From Hemiscyllium ocellatum (Eukaryota), in the NCBI RefSeq assembly GCF_020745735.1, contig NC_083417.1, forward strand, positions 53,630,001 to 53,694,000: DNA of 64,000 bases, written 5' to 3'. Under the pieces are notes generated by a model, which had not been told where the DNA came from, searched no databases, and was given only the letters and a program-made list of their open reading frames with translations. Position numbers and translations under genes: made by a program. Positions 51,207 through 63,319 of the stretch are shown here, one piece after another (within the stretch, counting starts at the first letter, position 1; each line of letters starts with the position of its first letter).

Positions 51207-52520
51207 CTGTTGATCAATATATACAATACTTAATGTTGGTACAAGCAACTGGTTTTACATTATATGACAGGTTTATAACCAACTAGCGCTTGGAAACTAG
51301 ATTTCAAAATCCAGTGATGTTTTTGATCAGTACAGATCATTCAGTTGATTTCAGTGTCACCAATCACTCCTGTAACAGTGTCCTCAAATTCAGCTGTTAC
51401 AGGAGCTGTAATACAAATTCATACGAATACAACACTTCCAACATATTAGACTCAAGTGTTACTGCAATACCTTCATAAATCTCATTCTCTCAAGCTGCTA
51501 CAATTTGCAATAAATACTAGTCCTCTATTCACGTCATTTGAATCCAATTTGTGTTTTCAGAAGCAGGTTGTGCTATGGTGACTAATCCCTTATCACCTGA
51601 ATAGCATTATTTTAATAAATGAATGAATTTCTATAATTTAATCCAAAGTATATTTGCCATGTTGTGGAATTCTGATTATTTGCTTGAAATGAATTTTCAG
51701 TGCATGATGTTAACATCAAGTTAAATGTAGTTTGCAAAATAATAAATCCACATCATATTCTGGGAATTGAAATTGAACCCTCATGAACTAACGTAAGTGA
51801 CACTTGCTGCTTGCTATACGATCTTGAGCTAATGGAGGTTGATTGCAACACACTTCAACATTTACAAATAATATGCTGCAATACTTTGCGTGATACGAGA
51901 CTTTTTGGCACATATTTTAATCTAATAATCTGCAACATGACATTTTCCCATCAGCCAGACGTTTCAAGTTTGTGACAGTACCACAACCTACTTTCAATGT
52001 TTATTGTATCCCAGCCAATACCTATGCCTCAAATTACGTAAGTGAAATAGATTTCTGGAGCATTTCCTGTTCATTGGCACTCTGGCATTGAGATTGTAAA
52101 AGGAGATGAATAATGCAAGTTATTCATCTTTCTATCCCAATGATAAAAGAGTTCGTTGTTATGAGGAAAAATATTTTAAATAAAGAGGTCGACTCCATTT
52201 GGCTTTCAACAACAAATTAGGTAAGCACTCAAAGGGAACACATGATGACAGGAAGACAAGTGGGGAATGGTGCCAGACACATTGTTGTTACTGACAGCCA
52301 ACCTGGATTTGATGGGCAGAACAGCCTCCAGTGTTGTAACCATTTGATGATACCCCAGTGGGCTGATTACTCTAGATGTCTGTGCACCAAATTTCCACAC
52401 CAGCTTGTGGCTTGCATTGAAAATCAACAAGAATTACCAGGACAATTCAAGTTATCACAACTGCACTTATCTAAAACATGACAAAACTCCGTGTGACACA
52501 AGATTCCACTCAAAGGTAAT

Positions 52521-52744
52521 TGTTATGAAGATGTGGGTGTACTGTACCTTTCAGAAAGTTAAAAGCTAACAGAACTACCTGTCAGCACCAAGTGTTCTGA
52601 GTAAGATACAATGTAACATGTGGTCCAGCAGCTAGGGTAGCTCGTGTCCTGGAGACAAAATCAAATTTGAATTTGGCCAATCATTTTAAATTATACCCCA
52701 AAAAATACCAACCTCCAATCAAGTTTGAATTTAATATATATACT
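52521..52744 (+). mobile_element. Possible LTR 5' fragment abutting the L1
   Basis: Starts TGTTATG and has ccaatc boxes; no 3' CA end or TSD seen. Confidence 0.3.
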
Positions 52745-54966
52745 GGTTTGGTCTGGGCAAAGTTTTCATAAGATGGGTAAAGGTTCTCGCGGCAGTCATT
52801 ACCAACGGGGTACGATCAAGCAATTTTAATATTTCTAGGGGCAGCCGGCAGGGCTGTCCCCTTTCACCATTACTTTTTATGTTGGTGATTGAACCGTTGG
52901 CAGAGGCCATTCGTGGGGATCTCAATATCTCAGCTCCAGATGTGGGGTCAAAAGTACATAAGATCTCATTGTATGCAGACAATGTTCTAATTCTCTTGAC
53001 AAATCCAGCAGTTTCAGTGCCTTGCCTGATACAATGCAGTCACACGTTTGGTGCTTTTTCAGGGTATAAGATTAATTTTGCTAAATCAGAGGCTATGCCT
53101 ATGGGTGGTCTTACGAAAGAGTTGGCTCTTGAGTGACTATAGATTCCCATTTAGGGGTCACAGGGGGGGTTTTGTATATTTAGCATATTCATTACTCCAG
53201 TTCTGGATTGGCTGCTCAAAGCCAATTTTACTCAATTATTTGAAAAAATTGAACAAGATCTCCAAAAATGGGAGGCACTTCCAGTCTCGTGGTTGGGTCA
53301 GATAGCACTTATTAAGATGAATATTCTCCCTCGTTTGCTATACCCTATACGGATGCTCCCCCTGATTTTCAATAAAAAATACTCGGGAGTCTGAACGGTT
53401 GGTTCAGCTCCTTTATCTGGCACCGTAAACGGCCCCTCATTAAATTCCCCAAACTGCAGTCGCCTCACAGACTGGGGGGAGTAGACCTTCTGGACATTAA
53501 AAATGACCAATTAAGCTCGCTTTTGACCTAGTGAGTGATTGGATTTGTGGGGACCCTCTTTCAATATGGCTAGATATCGAAGCCTCCCAGGCAAGGTGCC
53601 CCCTTACCAGTTTGATGCTTTTGGACGAGGTGAGGACAGTTAGGGAATATTGCCATAACCCAATAGTCATCAATACTGTTAAAGCATGGAGGGCAATTCG
53701 GCAGAGGGAAGGTAATATTGGCAAAACATCTTTGTTTACACCTTTAGTGGGTATGCTGGGTATGATAGATTCAGGATTTAAATGTTGGGCAGCCAGGAGT
53801 GTATCTTGCATGGGTGATTTATTTGAGGGAGACATAATGATGTCCTTCGATCACTTAGTATGGAAGTACGAGTTACCTAATAGAGACCTCTTTCGTTTTT
53901 TAAAAGTTAGGGATTTTATTCAAAAAAATGACTTTTGACTGATCGCTACAAATCTGACATAGAAAGAGGGGTACTAAGGGCTATCAGTACACTCTGTCAG
54001 TATTTTATTATCACCAATTGGGGGTTGCCACCTCAGATGAGTCTGATCGACTCTGTAAGACGTGGGAAAGACAGCTGGGTGCTGAAGTTTCTTCAGGGGC
54101 ATGGGAGGATATTTGGGAGAATGCAAGGAAGATATCAATTTGCAATAGGACCCATGCTTTACAGTTGAAGATTCTCCACAGGGTCCACTTAGCCCCAGAC
54201 TGTTTGTCAAAATTTAAACCTCAGCATGACCCAAGTGCAAGGTCTGTATGGGTACTCTTACCCATTGTCTTTGATCTTGTGACAGGCTTCAAACATATTG
54301 GAGCGCTGTAGCGGGTGCAATGGAGAGGATTCTAGCTGTGGGGTGGAGAAGGACCCTATTACTCTTCTTTTGGGCCTACCCATTGTACTTCCTGCAGGCA
54401 CGTATAAGACAAAATTTTTCAATATTCTTACGTTCTATGCAAGGAAGAATATCTTGCTAGATTGCATATCAGAAAAAAACCCCAGGCCTGTCAGGTTGGC
54501 GGAAGATTGTTATGGAGCATATTCCCCTGGATTTTCTCACAAATATGGTACACCATAAAACTGAGAATTTTCCAAGACATGGCAACCCATATTGAAATAC
54601 CTGGACACGGATTTATCTGCCACACTAACAAGGGCTTTTATACAGCCATAACGCTTGTGTTTCATGAGTCCAATATCCAGGGAGGAGGAACTGTGAATGT
54701 ATGAGTGTTTTGTTTGGCTGGGCTGAGCTATTACTATTTATTTGTCTGTTGTTAGGTATTTATTTATTTGGTTAAATAGCTAGTTTAGGTTTTTTTTAAT
54801 TTTATATTTCTCTATATATGTTTATACATTCATACAGGAGGGTGGGTTTGGGAATTTTTTTATTATTTGGGTTTAGTTTTGTACTATTTTGAATTGCATT
54901 GTTTTGTATTTGTTGTAATATTTAAAAACCTATTTTTTCTTAATAAAAATATATTATTAAAAAAAA
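52745..54966 (+). mobile_element. L1-clade LINE, 5'-truncated ORF2 plus 3'UTR and poly(A)
   Basis: RGSRQGCPLSPLLFMLVIEPLAEAIR, KISLYADN, GYKINFAKSE, IKMNILPR; T-rich 3'UTR; AATAAA then an A-tract ending at 54966; frameshifted. Confidence 0.88.
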
Positions 54967-55000
54967 CTTTATACCTGTCTTTGATGTCATGTTTTATTAA

Positions 55001-55225
55001 AGGTACTCCCCACTTTTAGAAAGTTTGCTTTATGCTACTTTGTTTTTACGAAATACCTACATTAGTACCTGTTTTTGATAAACAAAAGAAATCCAAAGAG
55101 GATTTTTGCTTTTACAAAGAAAGGTGAAATTTTTCCCATATAAATTAATGGTTCTTCACTTTACGCCATTTTGGCTTACGAAAGATTTCACAGGAATGTT
55201 CTACTTTCGGATGGTGAGGATACCT
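55001..55225. mobile_element. Tigger-like MITE
   Basis: Imperfect TIR aggtactccccacttttagaaagt / actttcggatggtgaggatacct. Confidence 0.55.
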
Positions 55226-55465
55226 ATATTTACAGAGGTTAGTAAGAAATAAATATAGTTTTCTTGACTAAAAGAAAGGATTAACTAACTGCTTCATTTT
55301 GATCTAGTGAAATACATTTTAATCAAAGTATGATATAGGGGCATGTTAAAAACATTTTAAAATTTTTGTTGTGACCAACCAAGGCAGTTGAAAAGGGAAC
55401 CAATTCACCACTCTTCACCTGGTCAAGATGGCTTATAGTGATGAAATACTGTAATTATTACTTAC

Positions 55466-55553
55466 TTGCTATCCAATATCTTGAGAAAGTGTGGTGTGGT
55501 CAGTAATGGAGAGGATCTGAATCCCTGGTCACTCTGCTGGAAAGCCAGTCTCA
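55466..55553 (-). CDS. CENPT: CENP-T small exon (acceptor ambiguous: 55553, 55536 or 55533)
   Basis: ...QQSDQGFRSSPLLTTPHFLKILDS(K)|gtaagt; phase-2 end fits the next exon. Confidence 0.72.
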
Positions 55554-55788
55554 CTTTTATATCAAAGCAAGATTCCAGATGAAATTTTTATGTTCAGAAA
55601 AGCAAATAGTAGTTATTAGATTAAACAAATAGTCTGAAACATTAAAAGAACTTAAATAAATAATTTTTGGATATTTGCTGAAGACAAAGACTAGAAGACT
55701 TTAAAGCTGCCACGTGGATCACAAAAATTGCTCAGATGTAGTGAAGACTGCATCACAATTTTAGTGATTACCTGTCCAGCTAACTTAC

Positions 55789-56514
55789 TTTTACTGTCAC
55801 CTTCTTCAGATTCACTACTGTCTGGCAACTCCTCTCTGCTGGGCACTTCATCAGGCTCTTCTTCATCATCGTCATCCGCCTCATCGCCCTCCATTTGCTC
55901 GTCATCTGCCTCATCACCCTCCACACACTCGTCATCCGCCTCATCGCCCTCCACACGCTCGTCATCCGCCTCATCGCCCTCCACTCGCTCGTCATCCGCC
56001 TCATCGCCCTCCACTCGCTCGTCATCCGCCTCATCGCCCTCCATTCGCTCGTCATCCGCCTCATCGCCCTCCACTCGCTCGTCATCCGCCTCATCGCCCT
56101 CCACTCGCTCGTCATCCGCCTCATCGCCCTCCACTCGCTCGTCATCCATCTCATCGCCCTCCACTCGCTCGTCATCCATCTCATCGCCCTCCACTCGCTC
56201 GTCATCCATCTCATCGCCCTCCACTCGCTCGTCATCCATCTCATCGCCCTCCACTCGCTCGTCATCCATCTCATCGCCCTCCACTCGCTCGTCATTCATC
56301 TCATCATCCTCCATTCGCTTGTCATTCACCTCATCATTCTTCACTCCCTCACTTTCTGTGGTTTCAGCTTCCATTTTATCACTTTCCACTTTATCACCCA
56401 CTTCATCAACTAACATCCCTTCATGAGTATCCACTCCTTCAGAGTGCCGTGATATGGTTGACTCCTGTTCACCTGGCATTAAGTTCAGTCCAGCATCTGT
56501 GACCACCTTGAATT
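55789..56514 (-). CDS. CENPT: CENP-T large acidic exon containing the coding tandem repeat (alternative donor at 55772)
   Basis: tttttgcag| ... A|gtaagt; open frame (ORF 55691-56506) FKVVTDAGLN...(DDERVEGDE[AM])n...SSESEEGDSK; phase-1 start fits the upstream exon. Confidence 0.82.
55861..56340. repeat. Coding minisatellite, 16 x 30 bp
   Basis: Unit ccactcgctcgtcatcc(gc/at)ctcatcgccct read directly; encodes DDERVEGDE(A/M) on -. Confidence 0.97.
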
Positions 56515-57210
56515 CTGCAAAAATAACTGTTATTACAATTAATTTTTTTGAACTCCATCAAAAACATTTTAATTCAATTCCAAATAAATTTTCAGCAAGT
56601 CCACAACTGGGAAGCACAGTTGCAAAATACAGGGGGTCTCCTATTAATTAGGAGGTTTTGTTTGCTGAAGGTCACTAAACTTTGGAATTCACTATCTCAG
56701 AAAACAGTGAAGGCTGGTTCATTGAATGTTTTCATGGCTGTGTTAGTCAAATTTTCACAAGGGAGTCACTGGTTATGGGGTGCAGACAGGAAAGTGGAGG
56801 TAAGGTCATACTCAGATCATTTTATTGAATGGTGGATCAGTTTCAAAAAGCTAAATATGGCAACCATTTCATAAATTAGACTGATTCTGAAAGTATGAAC
56901 TACTGGCCTGAGTGGTTACATTTTTATGAGGAAAATTATTAGAACTTCAAATTATGCTCAGCACTTTTGATATAATTTAGAACCTTGTATTAAATACTTA
57001 TATAAAACAGTAATCAAAGTTGTGTCTTCTTGGAGGAAGAATGCGAAAAGTTAACAGAACAATATTTGTATTTATAAAATTTTGTGAAGAAATTAGTACC
57101 ATTTGCAACTATTTTGCAAACTAAAGAAAATAAAAGCTGTGATATTGAACTAAATGTGTCAGCATGCTTTCCAAGAAAATTGCCTGGATAAGCACTTCAA
57201 TAATGTAAAA

Positions 57211-57434
57211 GCTGAAAATGTGTTGCTGGAAAAGCGCAGCAGGTCAGGCAGCATCCAAGGAACAGGAAATTCGACATTTCGGGCATAAGCCCTTCTTCAG
57301 GAATGATTCCTGAAGAAGGGCTTATGCCCAAAACGTCAAATTTCCTGTTCCTTGGATGCTGCCTGACCTGCTGCGCTTTTCCAGCAACATATTTTCAGCT
57401 CAGATCTCCAGCATCTGCAGGCCTCACTTTCTCC
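57211..57434 (+). mobile_element. Fold-back PLE-terminus mini-element with hammerhead motifs
   Basis: 95 bp arms (57210-57304 and 57306-57400, 4 mismatches); perfect 14 bp TSD tcaataatgtaaaa. Confidence 0.9.
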
Positions 57435-57521
57435 TCAATAATGTAAAACACTTATTAATTTTGGCACAATTATGCATATTCAGCAGTATTACCACACAAC
57501 AATATAATTGAAATGCCTTAC

Positions 57522-57908
57522 CATGATCCATTGATTCTTCACCCGTAGCAAGAACTTCAACGTGTTTCCCTGCAGCATACACTATTTGGTGATCTGTATC
57601 TGACAAATTCTTTTCTTTAAAGAGACTGTGAGAGCTGGCTCTTCCTGAATTGGCCACCTTTACAGATTCTTCTTCAACTCTCACCGATAATTCAGTTGTT
57701 TTTTCCAGGTCAAGCCGAGAGTTTAAATCAAATGCATTTTTCATCTCTTTAGCATCAGTTGCAACAGCCTTCATACCATTACTTTTTGCTGGCCACGGTG
57801 AAGTGTACAGTTCAGTAGCAGCAAGTTCATCATGCTGAGTGTGCGCACTAGATTTCTCTTTCTCGGTGCTGTCACTTGTTGTGTCCTGCACTTCTGGGAG
57901 CGGTTTCT
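57522..57908 (-). CDS. CENPT: CENP-T central disordered-region exon
   Basis: taatctag| ... G|gtaagg; KPLPEVQDTTSD...AATELYTSPW...GEESMDH; phase 1 to 1; overlaps ORF 57424-57891. Confidence 0.85.
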
Positions 57909-58959
57909 CTAGATTATGAAAATAATTATTTTGCCATTACTTCATTGCTTAGAATGCATTCTGCTAACACATATGAACTTCACTTTTTTGGTCAAAATTA
58001 TTAAACTAAATTAAAACTGTGTTGATTTTGTTTATCAAAAATTATTATTAACAGAAGCTAAACTGTCATTACCCAGATATATGGCACAGTAATCCAATGG
58101 TAAACTGTCAATTCACATAAACAGTTCTTAATACAAACAGCAAAACAAAGGTTTGAATCAGTTTCATATTAAAGCAGCTCTGAACAGCAAGCTCTGGATA
58201 GATGTACTGTTAAAGAAGATCTAATGAACCAAAGTCATATTATTGCAGAAATGTTTGAAATCACAGTTTCAACCTATGTTCTAATACTATGATGACATTA
58301 ATGCCCAATCCCAGTGAAATATTTCTTACCAACTAATGGCTCCCAGTTTCTTTGCCTTGTACTGCTGAGATGGTTTTATAATTTCTTTTGAATCTTCTGT
58401 TGTGATTTTTTTTCTCAATATTAATGGCCTATATGTTTTTTCAGTTTTCAACACTAATGGCCTAAACATCTTCAGTTCTTTGCTGCTGGAAGAAAGCTGT
58501 TCTCCCTTTTGAACTAAAGCCAAAAACTACTGTTTTCTGGTCTGCTCAGTCAGCAGTGTAAACATTCTATGCATCAACAGCAATGAAGTCCTGTCAGCAT
58601 TTGAATTAAGTCACATGCCTTCTTGGAAACATTGAATTTAAGTTACCAGCACTCTTCTATGACTTTCTGACCTTTAGAACAAAATTTATTTTCACAGAAG
58701 TGGCCAAAGTCTACCTGCCCCTATTTTAAAATCCAAATCCTGAGTGATAACACATGTAATTAACCATCTTCCTTATGTGCTAAAAGGTATATATCCTGAA
58801 ATTTTAGAATGGAAACAAAAATAATAAAATATACAGAGCTCCAAGAGCATCTGAAGAGAAAAGACAGCGCAACACTTCAGATGATAATTACAAACAGTAT
58901 TCGGTTAAACGTTCTGAAAAGATCTCTCAGCTGAAACATTAACATGGACAATTAATTAA

Positions 58960-60115
58960 AGAGATCAGAGAGAGCCTAAAACTAAAGGAGAGGACTTACA
59001 AAAAATAAAGCAAAAGTCAGCACAGATCCTGCTGAATGGCAAAGATACAAAGATCAACAAAAAAAACACTAAGCACCTTAGAAGAGCTACTAAAAGGGAT
59101 TAAGAAAGAAAACTGGTCAAGGACATCAATATCAATGAGAAATTTTTTTATTGTTTCATACCAAGCAGGCAGGTAGTCAGGAGCAATGTTAACCCACTAA
59201 CAATTGAAAGTGGAGATAGTGTCAATGACAATGGGGAAATGGCAGATATATTGAATAATTATGTTGTCTCCGTATTTACAGTGGAAAAGGAGGATAGCTT
59301 GCCAGAAGTCTTTAGGAAATTGAGTGGATCAGGACCAGGGACTGGATAAAATAAATGTATTGTAAGTATAACATTGGTAATTATGAAATTAATGGAATTA
59401 CAAAGAGTGACAAATCCCTGGGACCTGACAGTTTCCATCCGAGGGTGTTGAATGAAGTTGGGGTGCACGTTGTAAACACCTCCACTATAATCTTTCAGAG
59501 TTCCCTAGATACAAGAATTGCCCCTGTAGATTAGAAAATTGGAAATCACTGCACTTTTTAACAAGGGTGAAAAAACAAAACCAGGGAAATACAGACCAGT
59601 TAGTCTAACATCTGTTGTGGGGAAATTGGAGTCTATAATCAAGGATGGGTAACTGAACACCTTGAAAATTTTCAATTAAACAGACAGACATGGATTCATG
59701 ATGGGTAGGTCATGTCCAACAAATCTCACTGAATATTTTGAAGTAGTGGTGGACAAGGGAATGTCTACTGGTATTGTCTATATGGGCTTCCAGAAGGCAT
59801 TTGATAAAGCCTCAGGTAACAGACTTGAACTAAGGTTGAATTCCATGGAATTGAGGACAAATTATTGACATAGCTATAAATTGGTTGAGTGGGGTAGGGT
59901 TAAGAAGGTAGGATTAAAAATACATACTCAAACTGACAGAATATGACCAATGGTGTCCCACAAGTCCCGTGTTAGGAGCTTAATTATTCACACTATTTAT
60001 TCACAACTTATCTAATGGCATAGAAAGTCACGAATCCAAATTTGCTGATGACACAAAGTTAGGCAGCATTGTGGACAGTGGAAATAATAGCATTACATTA
60101 AAAAGGGATATTAGC
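58960..60115 (+). mobile_element. Decayed CR1 ORF2 fragment
   Basis: [48 protein letters not shown] remnants. Confidence 0.85.
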
Positions 60116-61199
60116 AAAATTACACAGCAATTTGTTGACTTTCTTTTTAGAGTCACTGAGCTTTTACAGCACAGGGAAAGGCCCTTCAGCCCAACATATT
60201 GGCATTGGTGATCTGAATCTCACTTTCCAACTATGGCATTTCAAATGCTCCTCTAAGTAGCTTTTACATGTATTGAGGATACTCACCTCAACAATCCCTT
60301 TAGACAGCTAGATCCTAAGACTCAAATTGTCTGGGTGAAAATTCTTTCCTGAAATCTCTAAACCTCCTGGTCCTTGGCCTTAAAACTGTGCCCCCTAGTT
60401 ATTGGCCCCTCAAATAAGGGGAAAGGTTTCCCCTCATCCTGTCGATGGTCCTCAGAACATTATAGGGAGGAGTGGGCAATGCAAGTGTTGGAGATTAGAG
60501 TGGCACTAGAAAAGCACAGCAGGTCAGGCAGCATCCGAGGAGCAGGAAAATCGATGTTTCGGGCAAGGATTCCTGATGTACACATCAATCAGATCTCCCC
60601 TCAGCATTATCTACTGTAAGGAAAATGCCAATCTATCTCATCCTCTTCATAACTGAATTGCTCCAGTCTAGCCAACATGCTGGTGAATCTTTTCTCCAAC
60701 TCTCTACTGCAATCACATCTAATACAGCAAACAGAACTGCATACCTTACTCCAGCTGTAGCCAAACATTATATTGACGTTCATCATACTTCCTTCCCCTT
60801 GAATTCAAAGCCTTGACTAAAACAGGCAGTGGTTAGTATCGCAGATTTAGGTGGGAAGTGCCTGAACTAAGGGGGAGAGGATGGAGTTGAGGTAGGACGG
60901 GATGAGTTCGGTAACACCTTGATTCAGTACCACCATTCCCCATTCCACTGCTCTAAATTTACCCGCCCCCCCCAACCCAACGCAATAAAGACAGACTTCC
61001 CCTTTGTCCTCACCTACCCACCCCACCAGTCTCCGCATCCAACACATTATCCTTAAACACTTCCACACCAACTCCAACTAGACCCCACCATCAAGATCGT
61101 CCTTCCTATCCCTTTCTGCCTTTCACAAGGATGGTTCCCATTGACAGTCCTTGGTTTGTGCCACTCCACCCACCAAACCCTCCCCAAACCCCCAGAAAC

Positions 61200-61334
61200 T
61201 ATGGAGGAAATGAATGAGTACTTTGCATCAGTTTTCTCAGTGAAAAAAACAGCAACATATCATGTTCCTCAAAACAGTCGGGGCCAGACGTGAGTGTGGT
61301 GGCCATCACAAAGAAAAAGGTGCTGAGGAAACTC

Positions 61335-61382
<48 letters not shown>

Positions 61383-62195
61383 AAGTGTTGTGATTGAAGG
61401 AGGCTGCAGAAGGATTTGGACATGCTGGATAAATGGACAAAGAAGTGGCAGATGTAATATAATGAGGCAAAGTGTGAGGTTATACACTTTGGTAGGAAGA
61501 GCAGAGGCATAGACTATTTTCTAAACAGGGAGAGACTTTGGAAATCTGAAGCACAAAAGGACTTAGGAGTCCTAGTTCAGGATTCTCTTAAAGTTAATAT
61601 ATAGATTCAGCTGGCAGTTAGAAAGGCAAATGAGGCAGAGAGGCTCATGTCAGACCACATTTGGAATATTGTGAGGAGTTTTGGGGCCCATTTGTAAGGA
61701 AAGATATGCTGGCATTGGAGGGGGTGCAGAGGAGGTTTACAAGAATGATTCCAAAGATGAACCACTATGAGGAGCAGTTGAGGACTCTGGGTCTCTACTC
61801 AATGGAGTATAGGGGGATGAGGAGCAATTTGAAAATTACTGAATACGGAGAGGCCTGAATAGAGTGCGTGTGGAGATGATGTTTCTGCTAGTAGGACAGA
61901 CTAGGTCCTAGAAGCACAGCATCAGGGTGAAGGGATCACCCTTGAGAGCTGAAGTGAGGAGGAATTTCTTCAGCCAAAGGATGGTGACTCTGTAGAACTC
62001 ACTGCCATACAGGGCTTTGGAGGTCAAGTCATTGACTGTTTTTAAGACACAGATAAATAGATTCTTGATTAGTAAAAGGATCAAGGGGTAAAGGAGAAGT
62101 CAGGAGAATGGGGTTGAGAAACATATCAGCCAAGATCAAATAGTGGAACAGACTCAATGGGCTAAATTGCCTAATTATGCTCCTATCCTCTGGTC
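61200..62195 (+). mobile_element. CR1 3' fragment with (GA)n at an internal deletion
   Basis: ORF 61661-61858 LEGVQRRFTRMIP; CR1-type tail. Confidence 0.82.
61338..61378. repeat. (GA)n microsatellite
   Basis: Read directly. Confidence 0.95.
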
Positions 62196-62820
62196 TTTCC
62201 CTGGTTATTCTCTTGTCCATATATACTTATAAAAATCTATTTTTTAAATAGCTTGTTGACTATTATTCAGTGCTCTCTTCAGATTGGCTGCCTGAGAAAC
62301 ATACTGTGATGATAGCACATCATAGGTATGAAAAGGCAGACAATACAATCAAAGCACACAGCAGTACAATGCCTACTCAAAGGATTTTCTAACTCCAGTA
62401 TCCCAGTTGCACTTTGCTTTCATTCCATGAAGTGTTGAGCCAATTACTCATTTTATCAGCCTCTGAAAATGCTTCGTCAGTGTGTTAACATTTAAGCAGT
62501 AGTGATAATGCTTGGCACTTGATATGGCTTTGTACTAGTTCACATTAAATCATATTCAGTTATGTTTCAATTGCAATTTTCAAGGGCACATAGCATTTAC
62601 CAAAGTATCATGTAACAACTAAAATTTTCAAATTTGAATAGATAATTGAAGAATATACTGAGCAGAAATGATCCACTTTACCAAACAGATGGAAAAAAAC
62701 CAGGTGAGTCATTCCAACAAGAACAGCCAGCACTGAAGAACGAGGTCACCCAGACAAAGGATTATACAGCCTAGAAAAAATTTTGAAAAGGAGATACAGA
62801 AGTAGTGAAAGATTGACTAC

Positions 62821-62948
62821 CTTTTGCTTGTTGCAAGTAGAAAAGTACTCCTTCTTCAAAATCATCCTCACTGATGAGTTTGTCTCTTCTTGGTCTTCTG
62901 CTCAAAACTGGTTTTGACACAGACTCATCAGTGTCAAAATTAATTGAT
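62821..62948 (-). CDS. CENPT: CENP-T exon (earlier exons lie beyond the window)
   Basis: attcgcag| ... G|gtagtc; SINFDTDESVSKPVLSRRPRRDKLISEDDFEEGVLFYLQQAK; resembles the L.RRP...D.FE.GV segment of CENP-T; phase 2 to 1. Confidence 0.82.
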
Positions 62949-63319
62949 CTGCGAATGACAACACTATCAATATAATGTAAATGGCATTGAAAATGCCTGA
63001 AAATATACGTTGATTCTATTGAACAAGTTAAGCTTAACTCTTAACTAGAATCACAAATGCATCACCTGCAGAATTATTTGCATATTAGCAAAATTGACCT
63101 TCCTAACTTTAGAAAGTTGAAAGAGCAACACTCGTTCACGACAACTTGGCAATAGAAGCTTAATGATCCAAAATATCAGGTCCACTTTTCAACCAAAATA
63201 CACATTCAAGTCTCATCTGATTTATATATTGGAAAGGGACAAAGATGATTCATAAAAGTGACCTCAGAAACTGAGACCATATACCTACCAGGGACCGATG
63301 AACCTGCTTTTTAACTTTA

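Noticed and set aside
55861-56340. CRISPR-like periodicity
   Set aside because: Contiguous tandem units with no unique spacers, inside a eukaryotic exon.
55728-56426. Overlapping long ORFs (Ser-rich, LVIRLIALHS and MTSEWRAMR repeats)
   Set aside because: By-products of a 30 bp repeat lacking stops in several frames; only the acidic frame joins in phase with CENPT exons.
58326-58523. K/E-rich minus-strand ORF ending at a gtaag donor, as a possible extra CENPT exon
   Set aside because: Ends in phase 2 while the next exon needs phase 1; exons 62821 and 57908 already join in frame.
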